Positions 19,027 to 27,882 of a stretch of 64,000 nt of DNA are shown here, one piece after another. The notes under the pieces were generated by a model. That model ran no database searches. It had not been told where the DNA came from and saw only the letters and a program-made list of their open reading frames with translations. Made by a program: the position numbers and the translations under genes. Positions within the stretch are counted from its first letter, which is position 1, and each line of letters starts with the position of its first letter. Source of the DNA: an uncultured bacterium (GTDB lineage Bacteria; Verrucomicrobiota; Verrucomicrobiia; Limisphaerales; UBA8199); NCBI GenBank assembly GCA_963749495.1, contig CAVVMW010000001.1:128001-192000 (forward strand). The letters are read 5' to 3'.

Positions 19027-21713
19027 ATGGCCAGCGATGCCCAACTGACCCCGATGATGGCGCAGTACCGCCGGATCAAGAGCGAGCTGCCCAAGGACGC
19101 CGTGCTGCTGTTCCGGCTGGGCGATTTCTATGAGATGTTCTTCGAGGACGCCCAGGCGGGGGCGCAGTTGCTCAATGTGGCGTTGACCAAGCGCGGCGTG
19201 GTGCCGATGTGCGGCATCCCGTTTCACGCCGCCAATGCCTACATCGGCCGGCTGCTGCGGGCCGGGCGCAAGGTGGCCATCTGCGACCAGATGGAAGAGG
19301 CGCGCCCCGGCCAACTGGTCAAGCGCGAGGTCACGCAGATCCTCAGTCCCGGCACGCATTTCGACGAGCGGATGCTGGCGGCGGAGCGGAACAATTTCCT
19401 GGCGGCCGTCTGCCCGGCCGGCAACCGCTTCGGCCTGGCCTGCGCGGATCTGACGACGGGCGATTTCCGCGCGACCGAGGTGGAGGGGGAGGCGGCGCTG
19501 CTGGGCGAATTGCAGCGGCTGCGGCCGGCCGAGGTCATCTGCCCCGAGCAAGCCCAGGCCCTGCGCCACCTCCTCCAGGACGGCTTCAGCCCCCAGCCCG
19601 GCGCCGGGGCTGCCCAACCCGGCGGCGCGGCAACGGCACACCCCGCGCAGGCCAGACGCCCGCTCCACAGCGCCGCCGCCGCCGCGTCGTTCGGCTGGAT
19701 TCTCAACACTTACGAGGACTGGGTCTTTGCCCCGGAAACCGCGCTCTTCACCGTGCGCGACCATTTCCAGGTGGCGTCGCTCGACGGGTTCGGGCTCAAG
19801 GACCGCAGCGCGGCCATCGGGGCGGTGGGCGCGCTGCTCCATTACCTGACGCAGCACCTGAGGCGGGATGCGGCCAACCTGCTGCGGATTTCCTTTTATC
19901 AGCGCAGCGATTACGTGGGGCTGGATTTCACAACGTTGCGGCACCTGGAGATTCTGGAGCCGCTGCGCCACGATGCCCCGCGCAATGCCTCGCTCTATGG
20001 GGCGGTCAATCGGACCGTGACGCCGATGGGGGCGAGGCGGTTGCGGGAATGGCTCTCGCAGCCGCTGGCGGCAGTCGAGCCAATCCAGCGGCGGCAGGAG
20101 GCGGTGCAGCGGCTCCTGGACCACCCTGCCGGGCTGGAGGCCCTGCGCGCGCAGTTGGGCCAGGTGCGGGACCTGGAGCGGACCACCGGGCGGCTGAGCG
20201 CCGGGTCGGGCAACGCGCGGGACCTCCTGGCCCTGCGGCTGGCGCTGGAGCAGGTGCCGGGCTCAAGGCCGCGCTGGCGGACCTGGCCACCGCCGGCGCC
20301 GGCGCGCCCGCCCGCCTCGGGGAGGGTCCGCCGCTGCTGGGGGCCGAGGCGGCGCGCCAGGACGCTCCCTGCCTGCTGGCCGAGTTGGCGGGGCAGGCCG
20401 GCGAATTGCCGGACCTGGTCGAGTTGATTGCCCGCGCCATCGTGGATGAACCGCCGCTGGCCCTCAAGGAGGGCGGGCTGATCCGCGACGGTTTTGACGC
20501 CGCCCTGGATGAGTTGCGGGCGGCCATGAGGGGCGGCAAGGACTGGATCGCCCGGCTGCAGCAGGACGAGATTTCCCGCACCGGCATCCAGTCGCTCAAG
20601 GTCCGCTTCAACTCCGTCTTCGGCTACTACATCGAGGTCACCAAGGCGAACCTGGCTCGGGTGCCCCCGCACTATGTCCGCAAGCAGACGATTGCCAACG
20701 GGGAACGGTTCATCACGCCCGAGCTCAAGGAGATGGAGGGCAAGATCCTCGGCGCCGAGGAGCGCAGCGTGAAGCTGGAGTATGAGCTGTTTGGGCGGGT
20801 GCGCGAGGCGGTGCTGGAGCGGCTGGCGGCGTTGCAGCGCTCGGCCTCGGCCCTGGCCCAAGTGGACGTGCTCTGCGCCTTGGCCGAGACGGCGCGGCTC
20901 TTCAACTACTGCCGCCCGCAGTTTGACACACGGCCCATCCTCGTCATCCGCGACGGCCGCCACCCGGTCCTCGAGCAGACCCTCACCGAGGAGCGGTTCG
21001 TGCCCAACGACACGCGCCTGGAAGACGACACCCAGATCGCCCTCATCACCGGGCCGAACATGGCCGGCAAGAGCACCTACATCCGCCAGGTGGCCCTGCT
21101 GGTGTTGCTGGCCCACACCGGCTCGTTCATCCCCGCCGCCCAGGCGCGCCTGGGCCTGGTCGACCGCATCTTCACCCGCATCGGCGCCAGCGACGACCTG
21201 GCGCGCGGCCAATCCACCTTCATGGTCGAGATGTGCGAGACCGCCAACATCCTCAACAACGCCACCCCGCGCAGCCTCATCATCCTGGACGAAATCGGCC
21301 GCGGCACCAGCACCTTCGACGGCCTGAGCCTGGCCTGGAGCATCGTCGAGCACCTTCACAACCAGGTCGGCGCCAAGACCCTCTTCGCCACCCATTACCA
21401 CGAACTGACCGAACTGGCCGCGCGCCTGCCCCGCCTCAAGAATTACAACGTCGCCGTCCGCGAGTGGCGCGACCAGGTCGTCTTCCTGCGCAAGATCGTC
21501 GAGGGCGGCACCGACAAGAGTTACGGCATCCAGGTCGCCCGCCTGGCCGGTGTGCCCCGCCCCATCCTCGACCGCGCCAAGCAAATCCTGCGCAACCTCG
21601 AGGAATCCGAACTGACCCCCGAGGGCAACGTCCGCCAGCCCACCCGCCGCCAGAAGGACCTCGAGAAACTCCAGCAGCTTGCCCCGCCGCCGCAGATGGA
21701 CCTCTTCGGGTAG
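19027..21713 (+). CDS. mutS: DNA mismatch repair protein MutS (frameshift at G-run 20259-20261)
   Basis: TPMMAQY, FRLGDFYEMF, TGPNMAGKST, STFMVEM, DEIGRGT, SYGIQVA, QMDLFG clamp motif. Confidence 0.95.
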
Positions 21714-21751
21714 GCCCGGGGTCCGCAACCTGGGTCAAGGGAGAACTTCCT

Positions 21752-21890
21752 CGCAACCTTCGTCGCAACCTTTGTCGAAGCCTTTGTCGAAACCGTTGTC
21801 GCATTCCCTGACGTTCGGTCCAGGCGCTCACGTCCGCGACAGCACCGCCAAAGGAAGCGCCAAAGGAAGCGACAAAGGTTGCGACAAAGA
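21752..21890. repeat. 12-mer inverted tandem repeat family (CAACCTTTGTCG)
   Basis: Also present at about 35977-36057, 52003-52075 and 59925-59992. Confidence 0.8.
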
Positions 21891-22033
21891 CAAGAAAGTG
21901 ATCCAACGGCCTCTGCTGTGCAGCGCCGCCCTGGGGGAGTCGTGAAGGCGCACCCCCCCGGCGCGCGATTCATCCCGGAGCGAGGAAAGATGGTAGCCGA
22001 ATTCATTCGGACCTGCCAAAATGCACCGGCTAT

Positions 22034-23098
22034 ATGGTCAAAGTCATTGTGTACCTATTCCCGATGGCGGGCCTAATTCTTTTGGCCCCCGGGTGCGCCC
22101 GGGACTTGAGCCAGGACCCGAGGCGGGCAACGCCGGCGCTGGCGCCGGCAAACCCTGCCCAGGCCGCCAACCCGCTCCCGCCCGGCGCGGCCCAATCCAA
22201 AGGGCCGGAGGAAACCGAGTACAAGAAGCTCCTGGACGCCGATGACGAGGCCCAGGCGGAGGCGGACAAGTGGATTCGCGAGAACCAGGATTTCGCCGCC
22301 AAGGGCGGGGGCCTGCCCCAGGCCGAGATGAACCGGCGCATCCGCGAGCGCTTCGAGCCGGTCCGCAAGGGCTACGAGGACTTCATCCAGCGCCACCCGG
22401 AGCACGCGCGCGCCCGCGTGGCCTTTGCCGGATTCCTGGGCGACCTTGGGGAAGACGACGCCGCCAAGGCGCAGTTGGAACGGGCCATGGCGCTCGACCC
22501 CAACAACCCGGCCGTCTATAACAACCTGGCCAATATCTATGGCCACGAAGGCCCCGTGAAAAAGGCCTTCGAGTACTTTGGCAAGGCCCTGGAACTCAAC
22601 CCCCGCGAATCGGTCTATTACCACAACTTCGCCACGACGGTCTATGTGTTCCGCAAGGACGCGATGGAGTATTTCGGCATCGACGAACAGCAGGTCATTG
22701 AAAAGTCCATCAACCTCTATAGCAATGCCTTGAGGCTGGACCCGGACAACTTCCCGGTCGCGTCGGATGTCGCGCAGACCTACTACGCCGTCAAACCGCT
22801 GCGGGCCGACGAGGCGCTCAATGCCTGGACCAACGCCTTGCGCGTGGCGCACGACGAAGTCCAGCGCCAAGGCGTCCTTGTTCACATGGCCCGCATCAAG
22901 ATGGCCGCCGGCCGCTTCGCCGAGGCCCACGCCCACCTGGACAACGTCACCGACCCGGTTTACAACGAACTCAAGAGCCGGCTCGCCCGCAACCTCCAGG
23001 AGCGCGAGCGCAACCCCAGCGGCAACGCCACCAACGCGCCCCCCGCAGCCGTGGTAGGGAGCACCAACGCCCCTCCGGCGGCCATAGAGAAAAAGTAG
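22034..23098 (+). CDS. TPR-repeat protein, probable lipoprotein
   Basis: LLAPGC lipobox-like motif; ALDPNNPAVYNNLA TPR motifs. Confidence 0.8.
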   Translation: MVKVIVYLFPMAGLILLAPGCARDLSQDPRRATPALAPANPAQAANPLPPGAAQSKGPEETEYKKLLDADDEAQAEADKWIRENQDFAAKGGGLPQAEMNRRIRERFEPVRKGYEDFIQRHPEHARARVAFAGFLGDLGEDDAAKAQLERAMALDPNNPAVYNNLANIYGHEGPVKKAFEYFGKALELNPRESVYYHNFATTVYVFRKDAMEYFGIDEQQVIEKSINLYSNALRLDPDNFPVASDVAQTYYAVKPLRADEALNAWTNALRVAHDEVQRQGVLVHMARIKMAAGRFAEAHAHLDNVTDPVYNELKSRLARNLQERERNPSGNATNAPPAAVVGSTNAPPAAIEKK

Positions 23099-23111
23099 CG
23101 CAAAAACCCCG

Positions 23112-23450
23112 TCACCGCGCAGCGGTGCTTGAAGGTAGCCGTGGTCCCATTCGTGCGATTCGTGTAATTCGTGGGACGTTCCGTGTCACCGCGTAGCGGT
23201 GCTCGAAGGTAGCCGTGGACTTCCAGTCCACGGATCCATGGCACAAGACTCCTCGCGTCGCGTAGCAACGCCTGAAACCCAGGAGCCGTTCTGCCAGTGT
23301 GAAGCCATCGAGCGTCGCTACGCGACGCGTGATTTTTCCAGCGCCCCCCACCGTGGACCGAGGTCCACGGCTACCTTCACCACGTCGCGACGCGACGCAC
23401 CCGCTGCGCCCTCTCCCCATCGGATGGGGAGAGGGTTAGGGTGAGGGGTC
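23112..23450. repeat. Family A REP element plus CCCTCTCCCCATCGGATGGGGAGAGGG hairpin (family D)
   Basis: Matches 432-625 and 43069-43220. Confidence 0.8.
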
Positions 23451-23499
23451 TGCCCGGCGCTCCGCCTCCGCCTTCACTGACCGATTTCTGGGGAGCAAA

Positions 23500-23647
23500 G
23501 AATGTTGTTGCCAAAACCGCGAAAACGGAGCACAAACGGCGATGGTTGGAGTTCGGTCGCAGAATCTGATGCACCATGAACTTTCGGGACTTCTTTATCA
23601 CGGACACCGGCCGCGTCCAGAGGCGGCACGGCCATCAGTGCCTCCTC
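23500..23647 (+). pseudogene. Relic copy of the cas3 upstream region and 5' end
   Basis: MNFRDFFITDTGR...HGHQCLL vs Cas3 MNFGEFFEAATGN..YGYQCRL; upstream GAATGTT.TTGCC...CCGCGAAAA...AGCACAA shared with 24879-24914. Confidence 0.65.
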
Positions 23648-23770
23648 ACCTCACTTGATGAGTTCCTGGTACTCATTCGGACCGTAAGCGCTCGCAGGCT
23701 TTCCGCAGTCTCCGGCTTCGAGCATCTTCTTCGATCTGCCGATCCCACTCTTCGCCACGGCGCGCGCGCA

Positions 23771-23794
23771 GGGACCGCTATTTCAAGCGGTCCC
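23771..23794. terminator. Perfect 9-bp hairpin immediately downstream (minus strand) of the mini-array
   Basis: GGGACCGCT-ATTTCA-AGCGGTCCC; no U-tract, so terminator function is uncertain. Confidence 0.4.
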
Positions 23795-23901
23795 GTTCAA
23801 TGGGGCCGCGCCCCGGGGGCGCGGAGAGCTTTCTCAGCTACGCGCGGAACTCTAAAAAACAAAACGCTTCAATGGGGCCTCGGCCACGACAGCCAGTTCT
23901 C
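23794..23901 (-). CRISPR. Single-spacer mini-array with type I-G-like repeats (one near-canonical, one degenerate)
   Basis: Minus strand: GAGAACTGGCTGTCGTGGCCGAGGCCCCATTGAAGC - 37-nt spacer GTTTTGTTTTTTAGAGTTCCGCGCGTAGCTGAGAAAG - CTCTCCGCGCCCCCGGGGCGCGGCCCCATTGAACG; shared GGCCCCATTGAA 3' end. Confidence 0.85.
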
Positions 23902-24412
23902 ATCCCGGGTCGAGGAAGGCTATGTTGTCGGGATTTACATCGGTGAAAAACACACCGTGCTGGGAACGGAAGTCGTCGAGGACGGACTGGACAACCGGCC
24001 AGCGAGGACCGAACTGCTCGCGCTTCTGCTCCAGCCAATCCGCCAGGACATCCTCGGGGAACTCAGGGCCTTTGTCCAAAAAGGCCCCGGCGAAATCAAG
24101 CACGTACGGCTTGACGACGACCGTCATCTCGATTCCGAGCAGATCGTCGTCGAAGCTCAAAAGCTGGGGAACATTGAACCCTTCGATTTTGTCCAGCCCG
24201 TGTTCCTTTAACCGCAAATACACATTGCGCTCCTTTTGGTAAGGCTCCAGGTGCTGAAAGATCTTGATTGCAGACCTGAAAGGTCTCTGTTTACTTTCTG
24301 CTACGAAGACGATACCGTGCATCCCGAGGCCAAGCCGGTCACCGAGCGTGACTGCGTGCCGGCTGGCGTATGCCTCGGCGTTTCGAAGCAAGAGCTTTTC
24401 GTTTAAAATCAT
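23900..24412 (-). CDS. Small kinase-like protein (170 aa), candidate CRISPR-repressed toxin
   Basis: Gly loop LGLGMHGIVF, AIKIF lysine, KERNVY glutamate, VLDFAG and DVNPDNI; stop codon abuts the mini-array; frame stays open up to ATG 24643. Confidence 0.7.
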   Translation of the reverse strand: MILNEKLLLRNAEAYASRHAVTLGDRLGLGMHGIVFVAESKQRPFRSAIKIFQHLEPYQKERNVYLRLKEHGLDKIEGFNVPQLLSFDDDLLGIEMTVVVKPYVLDFAGAFLDKGPEFPEDVLADWLEQKREQFGPRWPVVQSVLDDFRSQHGVFFTDVNPDNIAFLDPG

Positions 24413-24647
24413 GCACAACCAAAACCGCCACTCCGCAGAGGTCCGGATGATGTTGCTGCTCAACGGACAAGCCATCCCCATCGCCCAGATGGGGGCCGAG
24501 TTCCTCATGCTTGACAGCCCCGTCGCGCACGCGCCCTGCGTCGCCGATGTCATGCTGACTGTGGACGGACACGAGCAGCGCTGGTCAGTCCGTCTGCCAG
24601 AAGGCATCCGACCCGACCGGAGGCGCGTGCCAGGTGCAAACATTTAG
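24411..24647 (+). CDS. Small hypothetical beta-rich protein (78 aa), divergent from the kinase-like gene
   Basis: MHNQNRHSAEVRMMLLLNGQAIPIAQMGAEFLMLD...VDGHEQRWSVRLPEGI; its ATG overlaps the kinase ATG in CATG at 24410-24413. Confidence 0.6.
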   Translation: MHNQNRHSAEVRMMLLLNGQAIPIAQMGAEFLMLDSPVAHAPCVADVMLTVDGHEQRWSVRLPEGIRPDRRRVPGANI

Positions 24648-24664
24648 CTTGCATTCCGGCTGCA

Positions 24665-24693
24665 AAAGTACCATCGTTGGTCGTGTATGTCAA
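24665..24693 (-). promoter_or_regulatory. Near-consensus sigma70 promoter toward the kinase-like gene and mini-array
   Basis: TTGACA (24693-24688), 17-bp spacer ending TGG, TACTTT (24670-24665); AT-rich UP-like tract at 24701-24711. Confidence 0.75.
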
Positions 24694-24697
24694 CACC

Positions 24698-24717
24698 TTC
24701 GTTTTATTTTTCAGAGT
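24698..24717 (+). promoter_or_regulatory. PAM plus partial protospacer of the mini-array spacer
   Basis: TTC|GTTTTaTTTTTcAGAGT vs spacer GTTTTgTTTTTtAGAGT. Confidence 0.85.
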
Positions 24718-24961
24718 CAGGCCCGCCCTGCAGGAAATCGCGGCTCGCCCCCCTCGCTGGCTCCCGGACCATCCTGGATCAGGCTACCGACCGGCCGAAA
24801 CACTTCGGGATAACCTTTGCCGGGCAGGCCTTCACCGCTTCCGGGGCCGATCAGGCAGCGCCGGATTTTCCTCATGTGGAATGTTCTTGCCGAGGCCCGC
24901 GAAAAGAAGCACAAGGACCCTACAGCACCATTTGGAAGTCAGGCCCGGAATTTGAGCGAAT

Positions 24962-27878
24962 ATGAACTTCGGGGAATTCTTTGAAGCCGCGACGGGTAAC
25001 CCGCCTTATGGCTACCAGTGCCGGCTTGCCTGCGGCAGCGACGCACGCTCTGACAAACCCGAAACCCTGACGGGAGGTTCCGAATGCCGCTCGCTGCTGA
25101 TGAACGTCCCGACCGGCTTGGGCAAAACCGCCGCAGTCGTTCTGGCATGGCTGTGGAACCGGGCTGCGCATGCCGACCTTGCCCACCGAACGACTTCGCC
25201 GCGCCGCTTGGTCTATTGTCTGCCGATGCGGACGCTGGTCGAACAGACGGAGCGCGAAATCGCAAAGTGGCTGACGAACCTGTGGAACAAGACGGATCAA
25301 CTTGGATTCGGCGCCCATGCGAAGCAACAACTGGGATGGCTCGTGGAGCATTCGCCGATCATCCTCATGGGCGGGGAAAAAGCGGACCGGGATTGGGACG
25401 TTTGGCCTGAACAGCCCGCCATCCTCGTCGGCACCCAGGACATGTTGCTCTCCCGTGCCCTCAATCGCGGTTACGGCATGAGCCGCTACCGCTGGCCGAT
25501 GCATTTCGGACTGCTGAACAACGATTGCCTGTGGGTCATGGACGAGACGCAGCTGATGGGGCCTGGGCTATGGACCTCGGCTCAGCTTGACTGGATGCGC
25601 GACCGGCGTTTCAAGAGCGCTCGACCATCCTTCACTTGGTGGACGAGTGCAACACTGGGGACCCAATTCTTGGAAACCAAGGACCGGAAGGACAGCAAGA
25701 TGGAATTGCCGGAGCCGGTCGTTGTCGGCGACGACCCCAACGCGCAGTCAATCCTGGGCGCTGTTCGTCCTGCCTCATGGTGGGCGCCGCCCAATCAGTC
25801 GGCGCCGGGTTCAAAGACCAGGAGTGCGACGAAGCATTCGGCACAGGAAGGCGAATCGTTCTTTTGCTTGCTCGCGGCGGCGATTGGCGACGAACACCTG
25901 AGCGGCTCTCTGTCCCTGGGCATTTGCAACACCGTGAGAGGGGCGCAACAACTGAAGCAGGCCATTGACGGGCTCCGGGAATCGGGGCGCTGTCCGCACG
26001 ACGTCATTCTGTTGACGTCTCCGGTTCCGCCCCTCTGACCGCAAGGAGTCTATGGACAAGCTCGTTGCCTTCGAGCGTCAACGAAAAGACAGCGAGCGAG
26101 GTTCCGCCGTTCCGCCCGCGGGTTTGATCTGCGTGACCACGCAAGTCATTGAGGCTGGTGTGGATGTTTCCGCGCGCCGAATTTGGATGGCATTGGCCCC
26201 GTGGCCCTCGCTCATCCAACGTCTCGGACGGCTCAATCGAGACGGAAAGCTAAACGGGCAGGCCAAGGCGTACTTCTTCAAGCAGCCCGCCGACGCCAAA
26301 ATCAAACCGAAAGACCGGATCGGGCCTTACCTCGCAACTGACTTACAGTTGGCCGAAAAGTTGGCCGACCACCTGGTCAAGATTTACGACGCACAGCCGG
26401 ACCTTGCAGCCGTGGAGGCCCTTGCACGGCTGACGAAGAACTCAGCAACGAAGGAACTCGCCGGAGACGCTTTGAGCGTGAAACCGGAACCATTCCCCCG
26501 TGCGTTGGTGGTTCATGGGCTGTTCTCGACGGAGCCAGATGTTTTCGGTGGGTTCACGGATGTCGGCCCCTTCATCCGGAACTCTGACCCCGACGCCGAT
26601 GTGACTGTGTTTTGGCGAGAGTGGAAGGGCAAGCAACGAGCGCTCTCTGGTGACGCTTTGGCTGGACCACATTTCACGGCTGACGAAGGCTGCCAAGTTC
26701 CTTTTTGGAGACTCCGAGACTTTCTCGGCGATCAGCGAAGGGCTTGGGTGTGGAGTCCGAAAAACGCAGATGGAGAACCCGCTTGGGAACCCGTCAATCC
26801 ATCATCGGTCTGCCCCGGCATGGTCGTCATGCTGCCGGCGGCCTTTGGAGGCTACAGCCAGTCCGTCGGCTGGACCGGTAATCGAGACCACACGTTGGCC
26901 AACCTTCCGTTACCGGGTCCATTCGAGGAAGGCTACAGCCACGACCAATTCAGCGAAAAGGGATGGTGGGTGGAACTCGGAACGCACCTCGACAACGTCG
27001 AGAACGTAGCGAGACAAATCGCTTCAGTCTTGGAACTGCCAGCCCCACTCGCCGAATCAATCGTCACGGCAGGAGCTTTTCACGACATCGGCAAGGCCCT
27101 CGCGCCGTGGCAATTCGCCTTGCCCCAGCCGCTGAAAGATTGTTTGAAGCTGTGGGCCAAAGCACCATACTGGCTAAAAGTGTCCGGTGCGGCGAAGCAG
27201 GTGAAGGTTCAAACCCTCACCGAGCATCTGCGCACCTTGTGTTCAGGCGTCGGAGAAGTGCAACAAGAAGCGAGCGAGGACGGAATCGTCACTCTGCGCT
27301 GGCTGCTATCACGACCGCTGACCGCAGACGAAAAAGAGCGCCTCACTTCTTTCATCGGCGTCCAGCGGGCTTCGATGGTTCCTTTTCGCCCCAAGCTCCG
27401 CCACGAAGCCGCGTCCGCACTGGCGTTGTGGCACCGTTACTTCCGAGCCAAGACGACGGACTTCCCGGCGCTGGTCATCTACCTCGCCGCTGCCCATCAC
27501 GGCAAGGTCCGCACGGTGCTGGCGTCCCGCGAAGCTGACGGCCAGGATGTCTGCGGGGTGCCCAAGTCAGCGCAAACGCTCCCTTGGCCCGCTAAAGACA
27601 ATCCGATGGCGCTTGATTTCACATGCGCAACGGACGGTGCCGAAGGCAAGTTTTCGGAAGATGGAACAGGGTTTTTCTTTGAATCACCCGGCTGGACTGC
27701 GCTCGTCGCTGACCTGCTTGGCCCTTGTCAGGAAACGGCAGAGACAACTGCATCCTCCGCAGTGCCTGCCGGTGAGCCTTCCAAACTGGGGCCGTTTGCG
27801 CTCGCTTGGCTCGAAGTGCTCGTGCGGGCGGCGGACGAGCGAGCCAGCGCACAACCCTCCCACCGTTTGCCACCTTGA
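24962..27878 (+). CDS. cas3: Type I-G Cas3 (SF2 helicase + C-terminal HD nuclease); +1 frameshift near 26021
   Basis: PTGLGKT, LPMRTLVEQ, DETQ, SAT, TTQVIEAGVD, QRLGRLNR; HL..V, HDIGK, RHE, HHGK; removing one C restores LTSRFRPSDRKESM. Confidence 0.92.
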
Positions 27879-27882
27879 GCCG

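Noticed and set aside
23576..24211. 211-aa plus-strand protein
   Set aside because: Only the first ~24 codons look coding (cas3 relic); the rest reads through the mini-array and antisense to the kinase-like gene
24649..24674. Plus-strand promoter TTGCAT...TACCAT for cas3
   Set aside because: The spacer is only 14 bp
24715..24947. 11-bp direct repeat AGTCAGGCCCG as a target-site duplication
   Set aside because: The enclosed DNA includes the motif conserved with the cas3 relic, so it is unlikely to be a simple insertion; may be chance
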